This document shows, piece by piece, positions 29,282 through 39,978 of a DNA stretch of 64,000 bases. The stretch is from Candidatus Iainarchaeum sp. (GTDB lineage: Archaea > Iainarchaeota > Iainarchaeia > Iainarchaeales > JAAZKV01). Under the pieces are notes generated by a model. That model searched no databases. It was given only the letters and a program-made list of their open reading frames with translations, and was not told the origin of the DNA. The DNA lies in NCBI GenBank assembly GCA_026397015.1, contig JAPLVR010000003.1, forward strand, positions 283,280 through 347,279, written 5' to 3'. A program made the translations under genes and the position numbers. The first letter of the stretch is position 1, and each line of letters begins with the position of its first letter.

Positions 29282-29733
29282 AAGCCCACCAACCCACACA
29301 AATAAAAAACTTAAAACCTTCGCGTTCCGAAACTTCAATTTGAAGGCCAAAAAACCAAGGCTTAGTTCCAATAATTTACTTCCACTAATAGACGCGGGCG
29401 AAAAATTAATACCTTTGGGGTTTGGAAACCGAATGAATTCCCTTTCCTTTCAAAGCAAAACCAAATAAACATAAAAAAAATTGGGAAAAATTTTGAAAAT
29501 TCAAAAAAAAATCTAAAAAAAGCAAAAAATTTTAAAAAAAACAAGAAAAATTAATTTTTTCAAGATTTCTCGTAAAAGTATTGCTTTTATATTTTTCGCA
29601 CAGGGGATTTATTGCATTAGACGGGTTTAATGCCTGTTTGAGGCGAACTGGATAGGACTTTGTGGAAGCCAACAAATGGGCTTATATACATTTTGCACAA
29701 GGGAAATCCATACAAAAGCGCTTTTAACGCGGG
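29282..29733. other. Candidate replication origin (oriC) region
   Basis: About 450 bp non-coding gap upstream of cdc6 with an extremely A/T-rich core (~29455-29580), TTCCA/TGGAA half-motifs and a repeated GCACA(G/A)GGGA; no full ORB recognised. Confidence 0.5.
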
Positions 29734-30093
29734 GTGGTCATTTTGGGTTTGTTTAACAAAGTAATGTCGAAGCAGGACTCTGACATAGAAGAATTTTTGA
29801 ATACTATTGACGAGGAGCCTGAAGAAAATTACGAAGACGCTGACGCTTTCGTAAAGCCTATGGACCTTATTTCAGAGGCGGACGCAACGGCAATAATCAA
29901 GGAAGCAAAATCCGGGAATATTGTTCTGGTAAATATTGATGATTTGTCGAGGAGAAACAGCGTAAAGCTGAAAGAGCTCATTGGAAGAATAAAGCGGGAA
30001 ATAAAGCTTATTGACGGCGATCTGGCAAGAATTTCACAGGAAAGAATAATTGTTACGCCATCAAAAGTAAAAATAATCAAAAGAAGGCAGTGA
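29734..30093 (+). CDS. sepF: Cell division protein SepF
   Basis: GNIVLVNI and L...I..IK......DGDLARI....IIVTP..VKI, the archaeal SepF core. Confidence 0.85.
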   Translation: MVILGLFNKVMSKQDSDIEEFLNTIDEEPEENYEDADAFVKPMDLISEADATAIIKEAKSGNIVLVNIDDLSRRNSVKLKELIGRIKREIKLIDGDLARISQERIIVTPSKVKIIKRRQ

Positions 30094-30103
30094 GGCGAGG
30101 GCG

Positions 30104-30919
30104 TTGTATTTAGGCAGCCCCGCATTGCCGATCAAATTGGTTCCGGCGGACGCAGTAAAATCGTTGGATGATATTATCAGAAAGAAAAAGCGCTGGCACA
30201 AATTCGAGATAGCGACATTGAAGCTAATTCTCGTGCCCTATTTCTACTTTAATTATCACTACTTTAAGGAAAAGGAGAAGGGCGGAGAAAAAATAATTGA
30301 AAGCTCGGTGGACGGCTTTCTTGCGATGAATGGGGAAACGCTTCAAATTGACGAGGAAACAACCACATTGATAAAGGAGAACATAAAAGCGGCTTCGGCC
30401 GAGGCACCGGGCATAGAATTTGAAATAATTGAAACGGGGATTGAAAAAAAGGAGCAGGAAACCGTTCTGAAGCTCAAGCTCGCGGAATATTTCCAAATAT
30501 CGAAGGCAAACGTTGTTATTTCCAGCACAAAAAAAATTCTTTTGCCGCTCTACAAATCGTTTGTGACTGTTGAAGAAGGCACATTTCAGGTGCTGATAAA
30601 CGCGGTAAACGGAGAAATTTCGGGAATTGAAAAAGTTCCGGCAAGGGAAAGGGAGCTCATAGAAATAACAAAAGAAACCATTAACGAGTTAAAGGACCCT
30701 GCTGCGTGGGTGGAATACACGAAAGGAATTTTATTCGAGACAAAAAAAATTGTTGTTCCGAAAAAAATGGCTGAAAAATCTGCCCGCGAATCGAAAAAAA
30801 GCGGAAGCGGAGAAGGATTTTCCATTGATTTAAATTTCTTTTCAAGCAAGTGGATTCTGGTTCTGATAATGATATTGGCGCTTTTTGTGATTTACATGGC
30901 GCTCTTCGGAAGGCGCTAA
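30104..30919 (+). CDS. Hypothetical protein with C-terminal membrane anchor
   Basis: 271 aa; L.LVPYF.F.Y and INAVNG motifs; C-terminal TM ending in RR. Confidence 0.75.
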   Translation: MYLGSPALPIKLVPADAVKSLDDIIRKKKRWHKFEIATLKLILVPYFYFNYHYFKEKEKGGEKIIESSVDGFLAMNGETLQIDEETTTLIKENIKAASAEAPGIEFEIIETGIEKKEQETVLKLKLAEYFQISKANVVISSTKKILLPLYKSFVTVEEGTFQVLINAVNGEISGIEKVPARERELIEITKETINELKDPAAWVEYTKGILFETKKIVVPKKMAEKSARESKKSGSGEGFSIDLNFFSSKWILVLIMILALFVIYMALFGRR

Positions 30920-30998
30920 CAAAAGGACGCGAAAAGAAAACTTGGAATCTGAACGCCGGCACCCTTCAAAATCAGACTCTCTTCAAAATTCGGGAAAA

Positions 30999-33680
30999 TC
31001 AACCGACTATTTCCGCCGCACAAATCTGGTTCGCCGGAACAACTGCTGTTTTTGCGCCGGCCAATTCGGTCGCCAAAACTTTCTGCTGATTCCAAAAGAC
31101 TATCCATTTCGGGCTTCCCGTGCCGCTCATTTCCCTTGCGACACAAACGTCTTTGGTCTTTATTTTGTTCAAAATATCTTTCAGAATACTTATTTTGTCC
31201 GTGTTAAGCGAACTTACAAATGAAGCCGAAGTATTAGAGTAACTTAATGAGCAAGCGGCACCTGTGCTTGTACAGCTGCCTAATGCGCCTTCGCCTTTGT
31301 AAAAAGCGCTGACAGACGGGCTTGAAGGCTTGAAATCGAGCGACTGGTTAACTGCGCCCACTGGCAAGTAAAGGACCGTTTCGAGATAAATGTTACTATC
31401 AGGAATTAATCCTGCTTTGAATTTATCCAATTCGAATTGGGTGCCTGCTATAGGTGCATCCGGTTCCCTGTAAGGCAACGGATCTACCCCTGGAGATACG
31501 ATACTTCCGCATCCGTTCTTAACCGAACTTGCAAAGCCCGTCCAATAAGAGAAAGTGTCTTTTCCGTTGAAGGGAGTTCCCCAGTCACCAGAAACATTGA
31601 ACGAAGAATTTGCAGTTCCTGCACCGCCAGCATTTATTCGAATGAAAATCGGAATCGCGAATGTGTTGTAAAGGATTCTGTTCAGATTTTGCTCTCCGCC
31701 TTCCATATACTCAAGCAGGTAACCGCTTTTCAAAACATTTGTTGCATACGGAAAATTTGTAAATGCCTCGTTATACATTGAAATATTGTTTGAAACGCCG
31801 TCGGAATTAAAGTCGCTGTCGTAAAAGAACCAGTGCAAAGCTGGCTTGGAAACCGGCCCCGTAAGCTTAATTTCAATCTGCAACTTAGGGTCTACTGCAG
31901 CAGTGCTGCCGCTCAAACATGTGTCGCCGAAAACGTATGCGCAGTCACTACCTGAAACACTTGGAGGTGCCGACCTTGAAACTGTTATTGCAACATCATA
32001 CGAGCCGGCATCAACAAACCCCATATAGTTTCCGTTGACGCTTATTTTTGCCGCATTGTAAAGGGCTGAAAGCCTTGCAAATTTATCCGCATTTGTAGCC
32101 CCATAAACGTTCGCGTTTACTCCTGAATTTGAAAGGAAACTATTTATTATCCCGAGACTTTTTGTAATTTCTTCGGCACTAACTTGCTGGTCTCGCACAT
32201 AAGAACTGAAAGCCATATACTGCGCTTCTTCAGCTGAGCCTTCTCCCTGATCAGTCCTTATCTCCGCAACCTTTGCAATTTTGTTTGCGAGCTCCACAAG
32301 GAATTCTGACTGCATGCAGTAGACATAATTCGAATTACTCGAATCACATTCATCAATTGATATTGCCCCGCCGCCCGTGCTTCCTCCGTGGACGAGATTT
32401 ACTTGCGGGTCAACTTCTTCGCCCGTGCGGCCAACCAGCCCTTCAAACCCTATACATTCATTCTGACCCGCGGCAACTTTGACTTCCGCCTGGAAATCCT
32501 GCTGGTCAAGCAGCCCGACAGTGTAATCTATTGGGCTTGAGGAGATTGAAGCTGATTCCGGATTGGAACCGTTGAATAGGTAATTCACGTTCAGGGAAAC
32601 AGCCGATGTTATTGGGCTGTTTGATTTTGCAAACGTTAATTTCAGCGGAACGATTAGTGACCCTCCATTTTCAATAGGCCAACCGTTATATTCTGTCGGA
32701 GCAACACAGGTTACGCCGTTTGACGCCGTACAACTAAAAGTTGTTGTTGTTTCCTGTGCGCCGGAATTGTTCACCAAAATAAAGTAAATCGTTTCATTAT
32801 ATCCCCCTGTCTGTTCGAAGTGCCTTATTGCCTTTGTTTGTGCCGGGCCAAAAATTAAGAGGGATGGACGAGACGGGGGAACAGGTTCAACCACATTAAC
32901 GACTATTTCTTGAGAATCCCTCCAAACAAAATTTGCCTCTCCTTCTCCAGGGATAGGTGCCCCAGCGATTGCAAACAACCCATATTTCAGTTTCATTTTG
33001 TACGTGCCAGCTTCAGCAAATGTGTATTCGACTGTGTTATTTGCCCAGTCATTGCCACTTCCAACTTTAAAATCTTCAGAAACATTACCACAGATCTCCT
33101 GTGACAGCTTCCCATCCGCCCCAAACGCGCCCGATGGGACCGTTTTGTAAAGTGTGGAAGGAATGTATGCACAAAACCCTATTTTGACTTGACCGCCACT
33201 GTCCCTGCAAAGCACTTGAAGACCTCCCGAATTTGGCAAGCTAATTAACCCGTTATTGCAACTATGCCCGGGGTTATGAACTCCATGATCAAAAAGGCAG
33301 TATTTAACTGTGGAATACGCCTTCGGAGAACACCAACCAACTTGGCCGCTATCACAGGAATTCGTCACAAGATAACTGTCTTTACGGACTGTTGCGTCTG
33401 AGGAATTGTAGAGTGCCACGAAAGGCGCCACTGCCCCTTGGAGAGCCTGATCATCACAATAAGCATTCATTTTCCCAAATGTTAATGTCATTTTCGTTCC
33501 AACTGGGAAAGAATTATCCGGATTGGCAGTCTGATCATAGGAAGGAGTGGTTGTAAGCGCATTATCCAATTGAGGCACCATGCAGTGAACATTTTGTTCG
33601 ATGACAAATGAAAATGAAAAAGGCGTTAAGACAAAAAGCGCTAGAACCAAGCAAAACACGGCAACTTTTCTTGAAGTCAT
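30999..33680 (-). CDS. Large secreted Cys/Ser/Gly-rich protein (893 aa)
   Basis: Sec signal peptide, beta-rich composition, many N-x-S/T sequons and paired Cys. Confidence 0.85.
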   Translation of the reverse strand: MTSRKVAVFCLVLALFVLTPFSFSFVIEQNVHCMVPQLDNALTTTPSYDQTANPDNSFPVGTKMTLTFGKMNAYCDDQALQGAVAPFVALYNSSDATVRKDSYLVTNSCDSGQVGWCSPKAYSTVKYCLFDHGVHNPGHSCNNGLISLPNSGGLQVLCRDSGGQVKIGFCAYIPSTLYKTVPSGAFGADGKLSQEICGNVSEDFKVGSGNDWANNTVEYTFAEAGTYKMKLKYGLFAIAGAPIPGEGEANFVWRDSQEIVVNVVEPVPPSRPSLLIFGPAQTKAIRHFEQTGGYNETIYFILVNNSGAQETTTTFSCTASNGVTCVAPTEYNGWPIENGGSLIVPLKLTFAKSNSPITSAVSLNVNYLFNGSNPESASISSSPIDYTVGLLDQQDFQAEVKVAAGQNECIGFEGLVGRTGEEVDPQVNLVHGGSTGGGAISIDECDSSNSNYVYCMQSEFLVELANKIAKVAEIRTDQGEGSAEEAQYMAFSSYVRDQQVSAEEITKSLGIINSFLSNSGVNANVYGATNADKFARLSALYNAAKISVNGNYMGFVDAGSYDVAITVSRSAPPSVSGSDCAYVFGDTCLSGSTAAVDPKLQIEIKLTGPVSKPALHWFFYDSDFNSDGVSNNISMYNEAFTNFPYATNVLKSGYLLEYMEGGEQNLNRILYNTFAIPIFIRINAGGAGTANSSFNVSGDWGTPFNGKDTFSYWTGFASSVKNGCGSIVSPGVDPLPYREPDAPIAGTQFELDKFKAGLIPDSNIYLETVLYLPVGAVNQSLDFKPSSPSVSAFYKGEGALGSCTSTGAACSLSYSNTSASFVSSLNTDKISILKDILNKIKTKDVCVAREMSGTGSPKWIVFWNQQKVLATELAGAKTAVVPANQICAAEIVG

Positions 33681-35413
33681 TTCTTTTTCACCTTCTCTTT
33701 TTTGTGCTGAACCTCTTTCTTCTTAACAGCCTGCTTAACAGAAATTTTCTTCGGGCTCCTCAGCACCGTGAAAAGAACAGCCAATGCAATCACTATAATT
33801 ATTATTGCCGCCCACAAAATAAAAGGTATGCTGAAAATCGACAGGAACGAAATTGGCTCTATTGCGGGCTGGCATGTTCCAATACAACACAAACCCTGAA
33901 CCGATTTGTAGGAGTTTCCTCTGCACGCTTCCCCTGCGGAGCAGATTATGCCTGCGCACTCGGTCGGCTGTGCCTGCCCTTCCGATTGTTTTGAAGAGAA
34001 ATCTAATGTAAACATCTGCTGCCTTTTTGCATCAAAGTCATCAACTGTCATTGTAAGGTCGCCCTTCCTTAAGTAAATACTTTTCTTGTAAATGCCGGGC
34101 TGGTTTATCTGCTCTTCAAAAAGCGTTTCATCCGAAGAAAAGATTCTTACCCTTGCATTGATGCTTTCTTTTTCGAGGGTGAGAGAAAGCGTTTCGGCGG
34201 ATTCCTCATATGCCCAAGTTACTTTTACAACTCGCGGGTGCCTTGCGTCATAAGCTGCTTGTATCTCTTCAATTGGCGCGGGAAAGCATTCCTGCTCGTA
34301 AATTGTCCCGCCTTTCTCAATCTTTGCGCATATCTTTGTAAACTTTTTAGACTCGAGGTTGAAGGACTGCAAAATAATGTACCTGAATTCCTCGCCCCCC
34401 GCACCGAGCTTTTCTCCTTCGGCGGATTTTTCCTCAATCAATTTTTCGCCATCATAAATCTCTGCCTTTATCGAATAACCTTCAAAAGCTGGATAGTTGA
34501 AATGGTCAGGACTGCCCGCAATTAATAGGTTGAGTGAATATTTTCCAACATCAAGACCGTCAATGAAAATTTTTCTGAATTTTGCTGTGCCGCCGGCGAC
34601 GATTGCCCTGTTTTTGTAAACCGATTCTGTCTTGTCTCCGTTGAAAAGTTTGAGATTTATTTCATAAGCGGAAGGAATTGCAGGGGCTTTCATGGCAACT
34701 TGCACATCAACAGTTCCGCCTGCAGGGATTGATATTACATCAACAACCGTTTCCTCCGGATTTTCGCAAAATGCTGAAGCCCAATCACACATTGAAACGT
34801 GCAATTTTAGAGAATCTTTTGGAACAGTTGAAGGATTCGAAACGCGCACGACACCTTTTATTTCTCCATTTGGTTCAACTGGAAATCCAACCGGGCCAAC
34901 GGTATCATTGAATTTTGTATTTTCCCTGTCAATCGATGCTTTTGCTTCCGCACTGCCCCCCGAAACTTTAAACTCTTTCGATGCCGGCGCCAGGAATATT
35001 GCGCTATTGCCAATAAGAATTGATTTCAGCGCCCAGGAATAAATATCTATCCTATATTCTCCACTTTCCTGCGCATCAACAGAAAAATTTATTGTTTTAT
35101 TTGCGTTCGGAAGTATCCATATGTCGCCATAATTTTTCTCTGAAATAACGTTGTCCTTTGTGGTAAATTGCGCCACATAATCGTATTTTCCCTGCGCCAA
35201 TTGAACTACGACTTTCGCCCCCAAAAGCGGATAATTTTCAGAATTCAAGAGGGTTATTTTTCCCGTTATCGGTTCGCCGCTTTGGAACTCTGCCTTATCA
35301 AGCTGAATCGTTACTGCGCCTTTCCAAATCAAATCTTCGAATGAGTATGCGAATGCTCCCGAAAGCAGGAACGTCAAAGCCAAAAATAATGCGATTTGCT
35401 GCAGTACCTTCAT
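33677..35413 (-). CDS. Exported Ig-like multi-domain protein with C-terminal TM anchor (578 aa)
   Basis: Signal peptide, repeated beta-sandwich-like segments, Cys-rich knot, then TM and Lys-rich tail. Confidence 0.85.
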   Translation of the reverse strand: MKVLQQIALFLALTFLLSGAFAYSFEDLIWKGAVTIQLDKAEFQSGEPITGKITLLNSENYPLLGAKVVVQLAQGKYDYVAQFTTKDNVISEKNYGDIWILPNANKTINFSVDAQESGEYRIDIYSWALKSILIGNSAIFLAPASKEFKVSGGSAEAKASIDRENTKFNDTVGPVGFPVEPNGEIKGVVRVSNPSTVPKDSLKLHVSMCDWASAFCENPEETVVDVISIPAGGTVDVQVAMKAPAIPSAYEINLKLFNGDKTESVYKNRAIVAGGTAKFRKIFIDGLDVGKYSLNLLIAGSPDHFNYPAFEGYSIKAEIYDGEKLIEEKSAEGEKLGAGGEEFRYIILQSFNLESKKFTKICAKIEKGGTIYEQECFPAPIEEIQAAYDARHPRVVKVTWAYEESAETLSLTLEKESINARVRIFSSDETLFEEQINQPGIYKKSIYLRKGDLTMTVDDFDAKRQQMFTLDFSSKQSEGQAQPTECAGIICSAGEACRGNSYKSVQGLCCIGTCQPAIEPISFLSIFSIPFILWAAIIIIVIALAVLFTVLRSPKKISVKQAVKKKEVQHKKEKVKKK

Positions 35414-38400
35414 TATTTCGCCCTCCCTTTATTTACATAATCTGTAATATTTATTATGCTGTAATTGGTTCCGCTTGAAGTTCCCTTGTTCAGCAAAAAA
35501 TCCATTTTGCCGCTGGAATCAATAGGCGTATTGTTTGTTCCGAAGTACCTTGCCTTTATTATTCCCAGGTATCTCCCATTTAGGTACCCTCCTTCGATCC
35601 AAAAAAACAAACTTGAATCGGCGGGCGCGCACACTATTTGTGTAGTTGGATTATTAACACCGGAATTGCTGAAAATTGAATAGTCAATCGTGCCCAGTGT
35701 TTGCGTAATCCCATTCGTCGATTTTACGGAATAAGTGCCGAGCGTTATTTCTTTCGCCGTGCCCCCCGAAGTCAACTTTACGTTGCAGCCATAGTTGGCC
35801 GCTGTTCCAGGGTTTGCGGTGCCAGGGCCAACAGTTAATCCGAAAGAATCCACAGCAACTTTTGGAGTTTCCGAATCCTTATTTGTGCCAATGCTTTTTC
35901 TACAAGAATTTGTTATTGAAAATGCCTCTGATGCATTAGATATGAGGTCGAAGCTGTCCTTGGAAATCACGAAACAATCTGACGGCCTCGTCAGGTGCAC
36001 TATTGCACGCTCAGCCATTACAAATCTTTTGTTTGTGCCCGCAAACTTTGCTTTCACCAAAATCGGGAAGAAACCTAAAATGTCCGTAAAGTTTGGATCC
36101 GGCTTAGCTGAAAGAGGAAGGTAACCCTTGTTCATTCCATTAATATTGAATGAGTGGGAATTAAGAGGATAGCCCGCGAGAGAAGGAATTGTTATTTCAA
36201 GAGTGCTCGCATTAATGTCTGTTTCAAGCTTTACAACAACATCCCTCACACAATTGTTAGTAACTATCAGCGTTGCGTTTGCGCCCCACTCCAAAGTTGT
36301 TTCGCTTTCCTCTGTAATGTTTGGAACGCCTGCAAATACAGCATCAACGCATGCAAGAGAAGGATCCGGACCCTGGCCCCTTCCTGCATAAAGTGTTGCA
36401 CTTAGCATCTCAAAATCAGGATTAACTGCTGAGGCATTTATATCTAAACAATCAACATTATACACGTAAACACCCGGAATGTTTTTCCAAAAATATCCGT
36501 CGGCAGGAGAATTTACGCCAGCAATAAGCCCGACTAAAGGCGGGTGAGTATCGCCATAAGGATCAATTGCAATAGTTTTTGTTCCTGTTCCTCTGCAATT
36601 TCTGTAAACTGTAACCGAAGCGTTTCCAAGTTTTACCAAATTTTTATCGGAAATCGGCTGAGTCGAGCCGGGCAAACCTGTCAAATAAACGTAACCGTCA
36701 AAGTTTTGGTCCGGGAAGCGCGCAAGGAATTCCGCGTCCAAACTTATCTGGCTTCCAAGGGTGTGAGTTGAAACGAGCGCCGCATAAATTTTGCCGCTTG
36801 AATTCGTGTCCATTACGAGCCAGTTGTCCTTATTCAATTTGCTTGAATAGACTAACATATCTATTGGTGATGAACATTCTCCGGATACAATTGTTCCAAC
36901 CGGGAAAGTTTTCATCTGCACTGTCTGATCGTCAATGTAAAGGTAGCCGCTGCCGCTGAAACCCGGCTTGCCTATTACCGTGAGATCCAAAGTTGCAGCT
37001 GAAAACACAACCAAATTTCCGAAAGAAATATTTGCCCCTGAATTATTGCAAACGCTTATGCTCGCCTTGTTGAATTGATTTCCTACAAGAACGCGGGAGC
37101 TGGTTCCTTGAGAAGCTATTACGCCTGCAGGAACGCCTGAAGTCAATTGTGTTAAATCAACTGCAGTGTCCTTTATTGAAACGTCAAAATAAATTCCCTT
37201 TTTAACCGGCTTTCCGACAACGAACATTACTTTTTTCAATTCCGTTTGGGATGCGAATGAAGTGTGTTTTTCTTTTGCGCGGTAACCAACCGTAACAGTA
37301 TCGCCCTTGAGCGCAGTTGGTCCGAGAAGGAAATCAACTGCAAAAGAATATACTCCTGTCGGAAGAGGGTCATTTTTCCAATCCGTTCCGACCTGAACAT
37401 TTTTTAGGAAACATCCCGATGTTGTTGGGAAATAATAATTGTCATCGCATACTGTTGCGGAGCAGTTGGCTTGTGAACCTCTGCAAGTGAAAACCGAGGG
37501 CGAAGGCGGATTGTAATAGAAAGGCGTCGCAAGTTTTGATGGAATGCTTATCATTTCTGCCGTCCCGTTGCTTTTTGAAACAATATTTATGTCCGCCATT
37601 GAAAGCAATTCCTGATAACTCACTTCTTTATTTATCACAATATCGAGCTTCACATAGTAATGCTTGCCATTTGTAGAGTCTGTTGAGAAAGTCGTTACTG
37701 TTGAGGCGTCCTTGCCTTTCCACGGATCATCCGTAACGTTGTAAAGCTGGTCAAAGAAAATATTTATGTTTCCATCAAGATTTGAAGGATACATCTTTAT
37801 TGCGTATTCATTTGAACCGACTGCGAGGCTGCCGGGCTCGATTGGAACGCTTGTAGAAACAAATCCTGAGGCGTTTGCCTTTATCATCAGCCTTTTTGAG
37901 CTATCATAATTGAGGGAGCTTGCAAGCAAATGTGAAGAGGAATCGAAAACCATTTTTTCAGCGGAAACCAAAGTGGAGTAATCTGTTGAACTTGAAATAT
38001 AAATATTCACATCCGCGCTTTGCATCGCCGAATCGGAAAGCTTTTCCTCAGTTATGCCATTGTAAAGCAAAACTTTTATTGTGCTCAGGCTTGTGTCAAC
38101 ATTCAAGTCAAAGAAAATTATTCCCCCCTTATACAGGTTATTGGTGTCAGATAATACCGAAACGGCGCCGCCGTAGGACGCTTTCGCCCTGTAAGTGCCT
38201 TGCATCATTCCGGAATAAGTTGCTTTTCCGTACGGAACAGTGGTGTCCCTTTCGGGGTACAATTTTATTGTTCTCAATGCGGCTGCGTTCAATGTTGGAG
38301 AACAAGGACTTGTTATGCAAAAATCATAATACAGCCATGTTTTCGCATCGATGAGAGGCTTGAGATTGCTTTTCTGCTTTACGCCCACTTCAACTGTGCC

Positions 38401-39831
38401 GCTATTTGAAGCAGTGGCTTTTTCAAGTTTCACCGAATCATATTCCGTGCTTGAAGTTTCCTTCAAAGTCGGAACAAATGCGGAATACAAATAACCTTCC
38501 TTGTAAACTGTAACAACCAATACATTTCTGTCTCTGACTGTGCAGCTACTTGAACCGGCGCCGCCATTCGGATTGCAAAGAATTACCTTTCCATTTGAAT
38601 CCGTTTGATTTGTTTCCCTGAGCCCCGTGCCCGCAATTGCATTATTGAAATCAAATTCCATGTCTTCTAAAGCTACAAGTGCCCCGGGAATCGCTGCACC
38701 CGTAGAAGAATCTGTAACCACCAAATTTATTCTTCTCCTGTCCAGGGGGTTAATGAATTCAAGATAAATGTTTACTTCTTTTGGAGGACTGACTTTTATT
38801 TCAAATTCTATTCCTTTTTGTGTGTAATAGCTTGGGTGATTTACGGTGAGCGAATATGCGCCGGGGTCCAAATCGCTTTTTGTATAAGAACCCCTTGAAT
38901 TTGCAAGATAAGTTCCAAGGATGTCGCCGTCTTTGTAAATGCTTATTGTTGCGCTTGTCGGATCGACAATTTGCTCCGGAGTTGCTCCTGAAGAAGGCGC
39001 TGGTCCCTTGTACAAATTGACCGTTAATGTTCCCTTTGTGTTAGGGTTGTTTTTTCTCAATACAATCGTGGTTGAAGAATCCGTCAATATTTTTGGCAAA
39101 GATGTCACCGCAATGTAACCGTCTGCGCTCGCATCAACAATTTGGAATTGGCATTCATCCCTCGCCAAGCTGATGCTTCCATCCGTATCCCCGTCTTCTG
39201 AATCGTTCACAGTAAATTTTGTTCCCGGGCTGTTTGCACAAACATATTTTACAAGCGAGCTTTCTTCGACGATAGTGTTGCCGCTTTCATCCTCAAACAA
39301 AACTTCGGCTGCGCCCAAAAACTCGCTCTTAATTTGATAAAGCTTCATTTCATATTGAAGGGAACCTAAATCAATCTCTGCGCCTTCTATTGTGCCATAA
39401 CCTGTTTTCTCCGCGGAAATTAGTGCTGAAAAAGTTTCTTTTGAAGGAAGAATTATTTTTCCAATCATGCCAAAAAAATTTACAGGTTCACCCGCAAAAG
39501 ACAGTGTTGCTTTTCCTTCCGCGCCAGTTACTTTATCCATAAAAGGTGTTCCACTTATTGAACCGTATAATTTAACTCCCGGGAGCGGATCTCCTGTATC
39601 GCCGTCCTTGGTTATTATCATTGCCTCATAATTGCTGGAAAAATTTAGAAGATACCCAACCAGAACCAAAAGAAAAACAATTGAAAGCAAAAAAAGGACG
39701 AAACTGGGAATTATTTCGTCAATCTTATCAATTACGTGGTAAACAGGCATCTTTGCATCTATTTTATCCAAAAGGTTGTACCATTTATCCTCAAAAGAGA
39801 AATAAATGTTCTTCAGGAAATCCAACGCCAT
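35413..39831 (-). CDS. Giant N-terminally anchored surface protein with carboxypeptidase-regulatory/Cna-B-like repeats (1472 aa)
   Basis: N-terminal TM; repeated V.D..TG.PL.GA and T...G...K.GY-type units. Confidence 0.85.
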   Translation of the reverse strand: MALDFLKNIYFSFEDKWYNLLDKIDAKMPVYHVIDKIDEIIPSFVLFLLSIVFLLVLVGYLLNFSSNYEAMIITKDGDTGDPLPGVKLYGSISGTPFMDKVTGAEGKATLSFAGEPVNFFGMIGKIILPSKETFSALISAEKTGYGTIEGAEIDLGSLQYEMKLYQIKSEFLGAAEVLFEDESGNTIVEESSLVKYVCANSPGTKFTVNDSEDGDTDGSISLARDECQFQIVDASADGYIAVTSLPKILTDSSTTIVLRKNNPNTKGTLTVNLYKGPAPSSGATPEQIVDPTSATISIYKDGDILGTYLANSRGSYTKSDLDPGAYSLTVNHPSYYTQKGIEFEIKVSPPKEVNIYLEFINPLDRRRINLVVTDSSTGAAIPGALVALEDMEFDFNNAIAGTGLRETNQTDSNGKVILCNPNGGAGSSSCTVRDRNVLVVTVYKEGYLYSAFVPTLKETSSTEYDSVKLEKATASNSGTVEVGVKQKSNLKPLIDAKTWLYYDFCITSPCSPTLNAAALRTIKLYPERDTTVPYGKATYSGMMQGTYRAKASYGGAVSVLSDTNNLYKGGIIFFDLNVDTSLSTIKVLLYNGITEEKLSDSAMQSADVNIYISSSTDYSTLVSAEKMVFDSSSHLLASSLNYDSSKRLMIKANASGFVSTSVPIEPGSLAVGSNEYAIKMYPSNLDGNINIFFDQLYNVTDDPWKGKDASTVTTFSTDSTNGKHYYVKLDIVINKEVSYQELLSMADINIVSKSNGTAEMISIPSKLATPFYYNPPSPSVFTCRGSQANCSATVCDDNYYFPTTSGCFLKNVQVGTDWKNDPLPTGVYSFAVDFLLGPTALKGDTVTVGYRAKEKHTSFASQTELKKVMFVVGKPVKKGIYFDVSIKDTAVDLTQLTSGVPAGVIASQGTSSRVLVGNQFNKASISVCNNSGANISFGNLVVFSAATLDLTVIGKPGFSGSGYLYIDDQTVQMKTFPVGTIVSGECSSPIDMLVYSSKLNKDNWLVMDTNSSGKIYAALVSTHTLGSQISLDAEFLARFPDQNFDGYVYLTGLPGSTQPISDKNLVKLGNASVTVYRNCRGTGTKTIAIDPYGDTHPPLVGLIAGVNSPADGYFWKNIPGVYVYNVDCLDINASAVNPDFEMLSATLYAGRGQGPDPSLACVDAVFAGVPNITEESETTLEWGANATLIVTNNCVRDVVVKLETDINASTLEITIPSLAGYPLNSHSFNINGMNKGYLPLSAKPDPNFTDILGFFPILVKAKFAGTNKRFVMAERAIVHLTRPSDCFVISKDSFDLISNASEAFSITNSCRKSIGTNKDSETPKVAVDSFGLTVGPGTANPGTAANYGCNVKLTSGGTAKEITLGTYSVKSTNGITQTLGTIDYSIFSNSGVNNPTTQIVCAPADSSLFFWIEGGYLNGRYLGIIKARYFGTNNTPIDSSGKMDFLLNKGTSSGTNYSIINITDYVNKGRAK

Positions 39832-39978
39832 CGAAAACTACCCACAATATTTTGTATGCCTGCAATCTTCCGCAGCATACACACAATATAATATAACAGT
39901 TAAATAATAGTTTTAGGTTGTTAATAAAGCTTTTGCGCTGCAAAATGCGCGAAAAATGGCCCCGTTGCCGCGGTTGCA

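Noticed and set aside
29362-29544. Short Phe/Lys-rich ORFs in the cdc6 upstream gap
   Set aside because: Products of poly-A/T tracts, not protein-like
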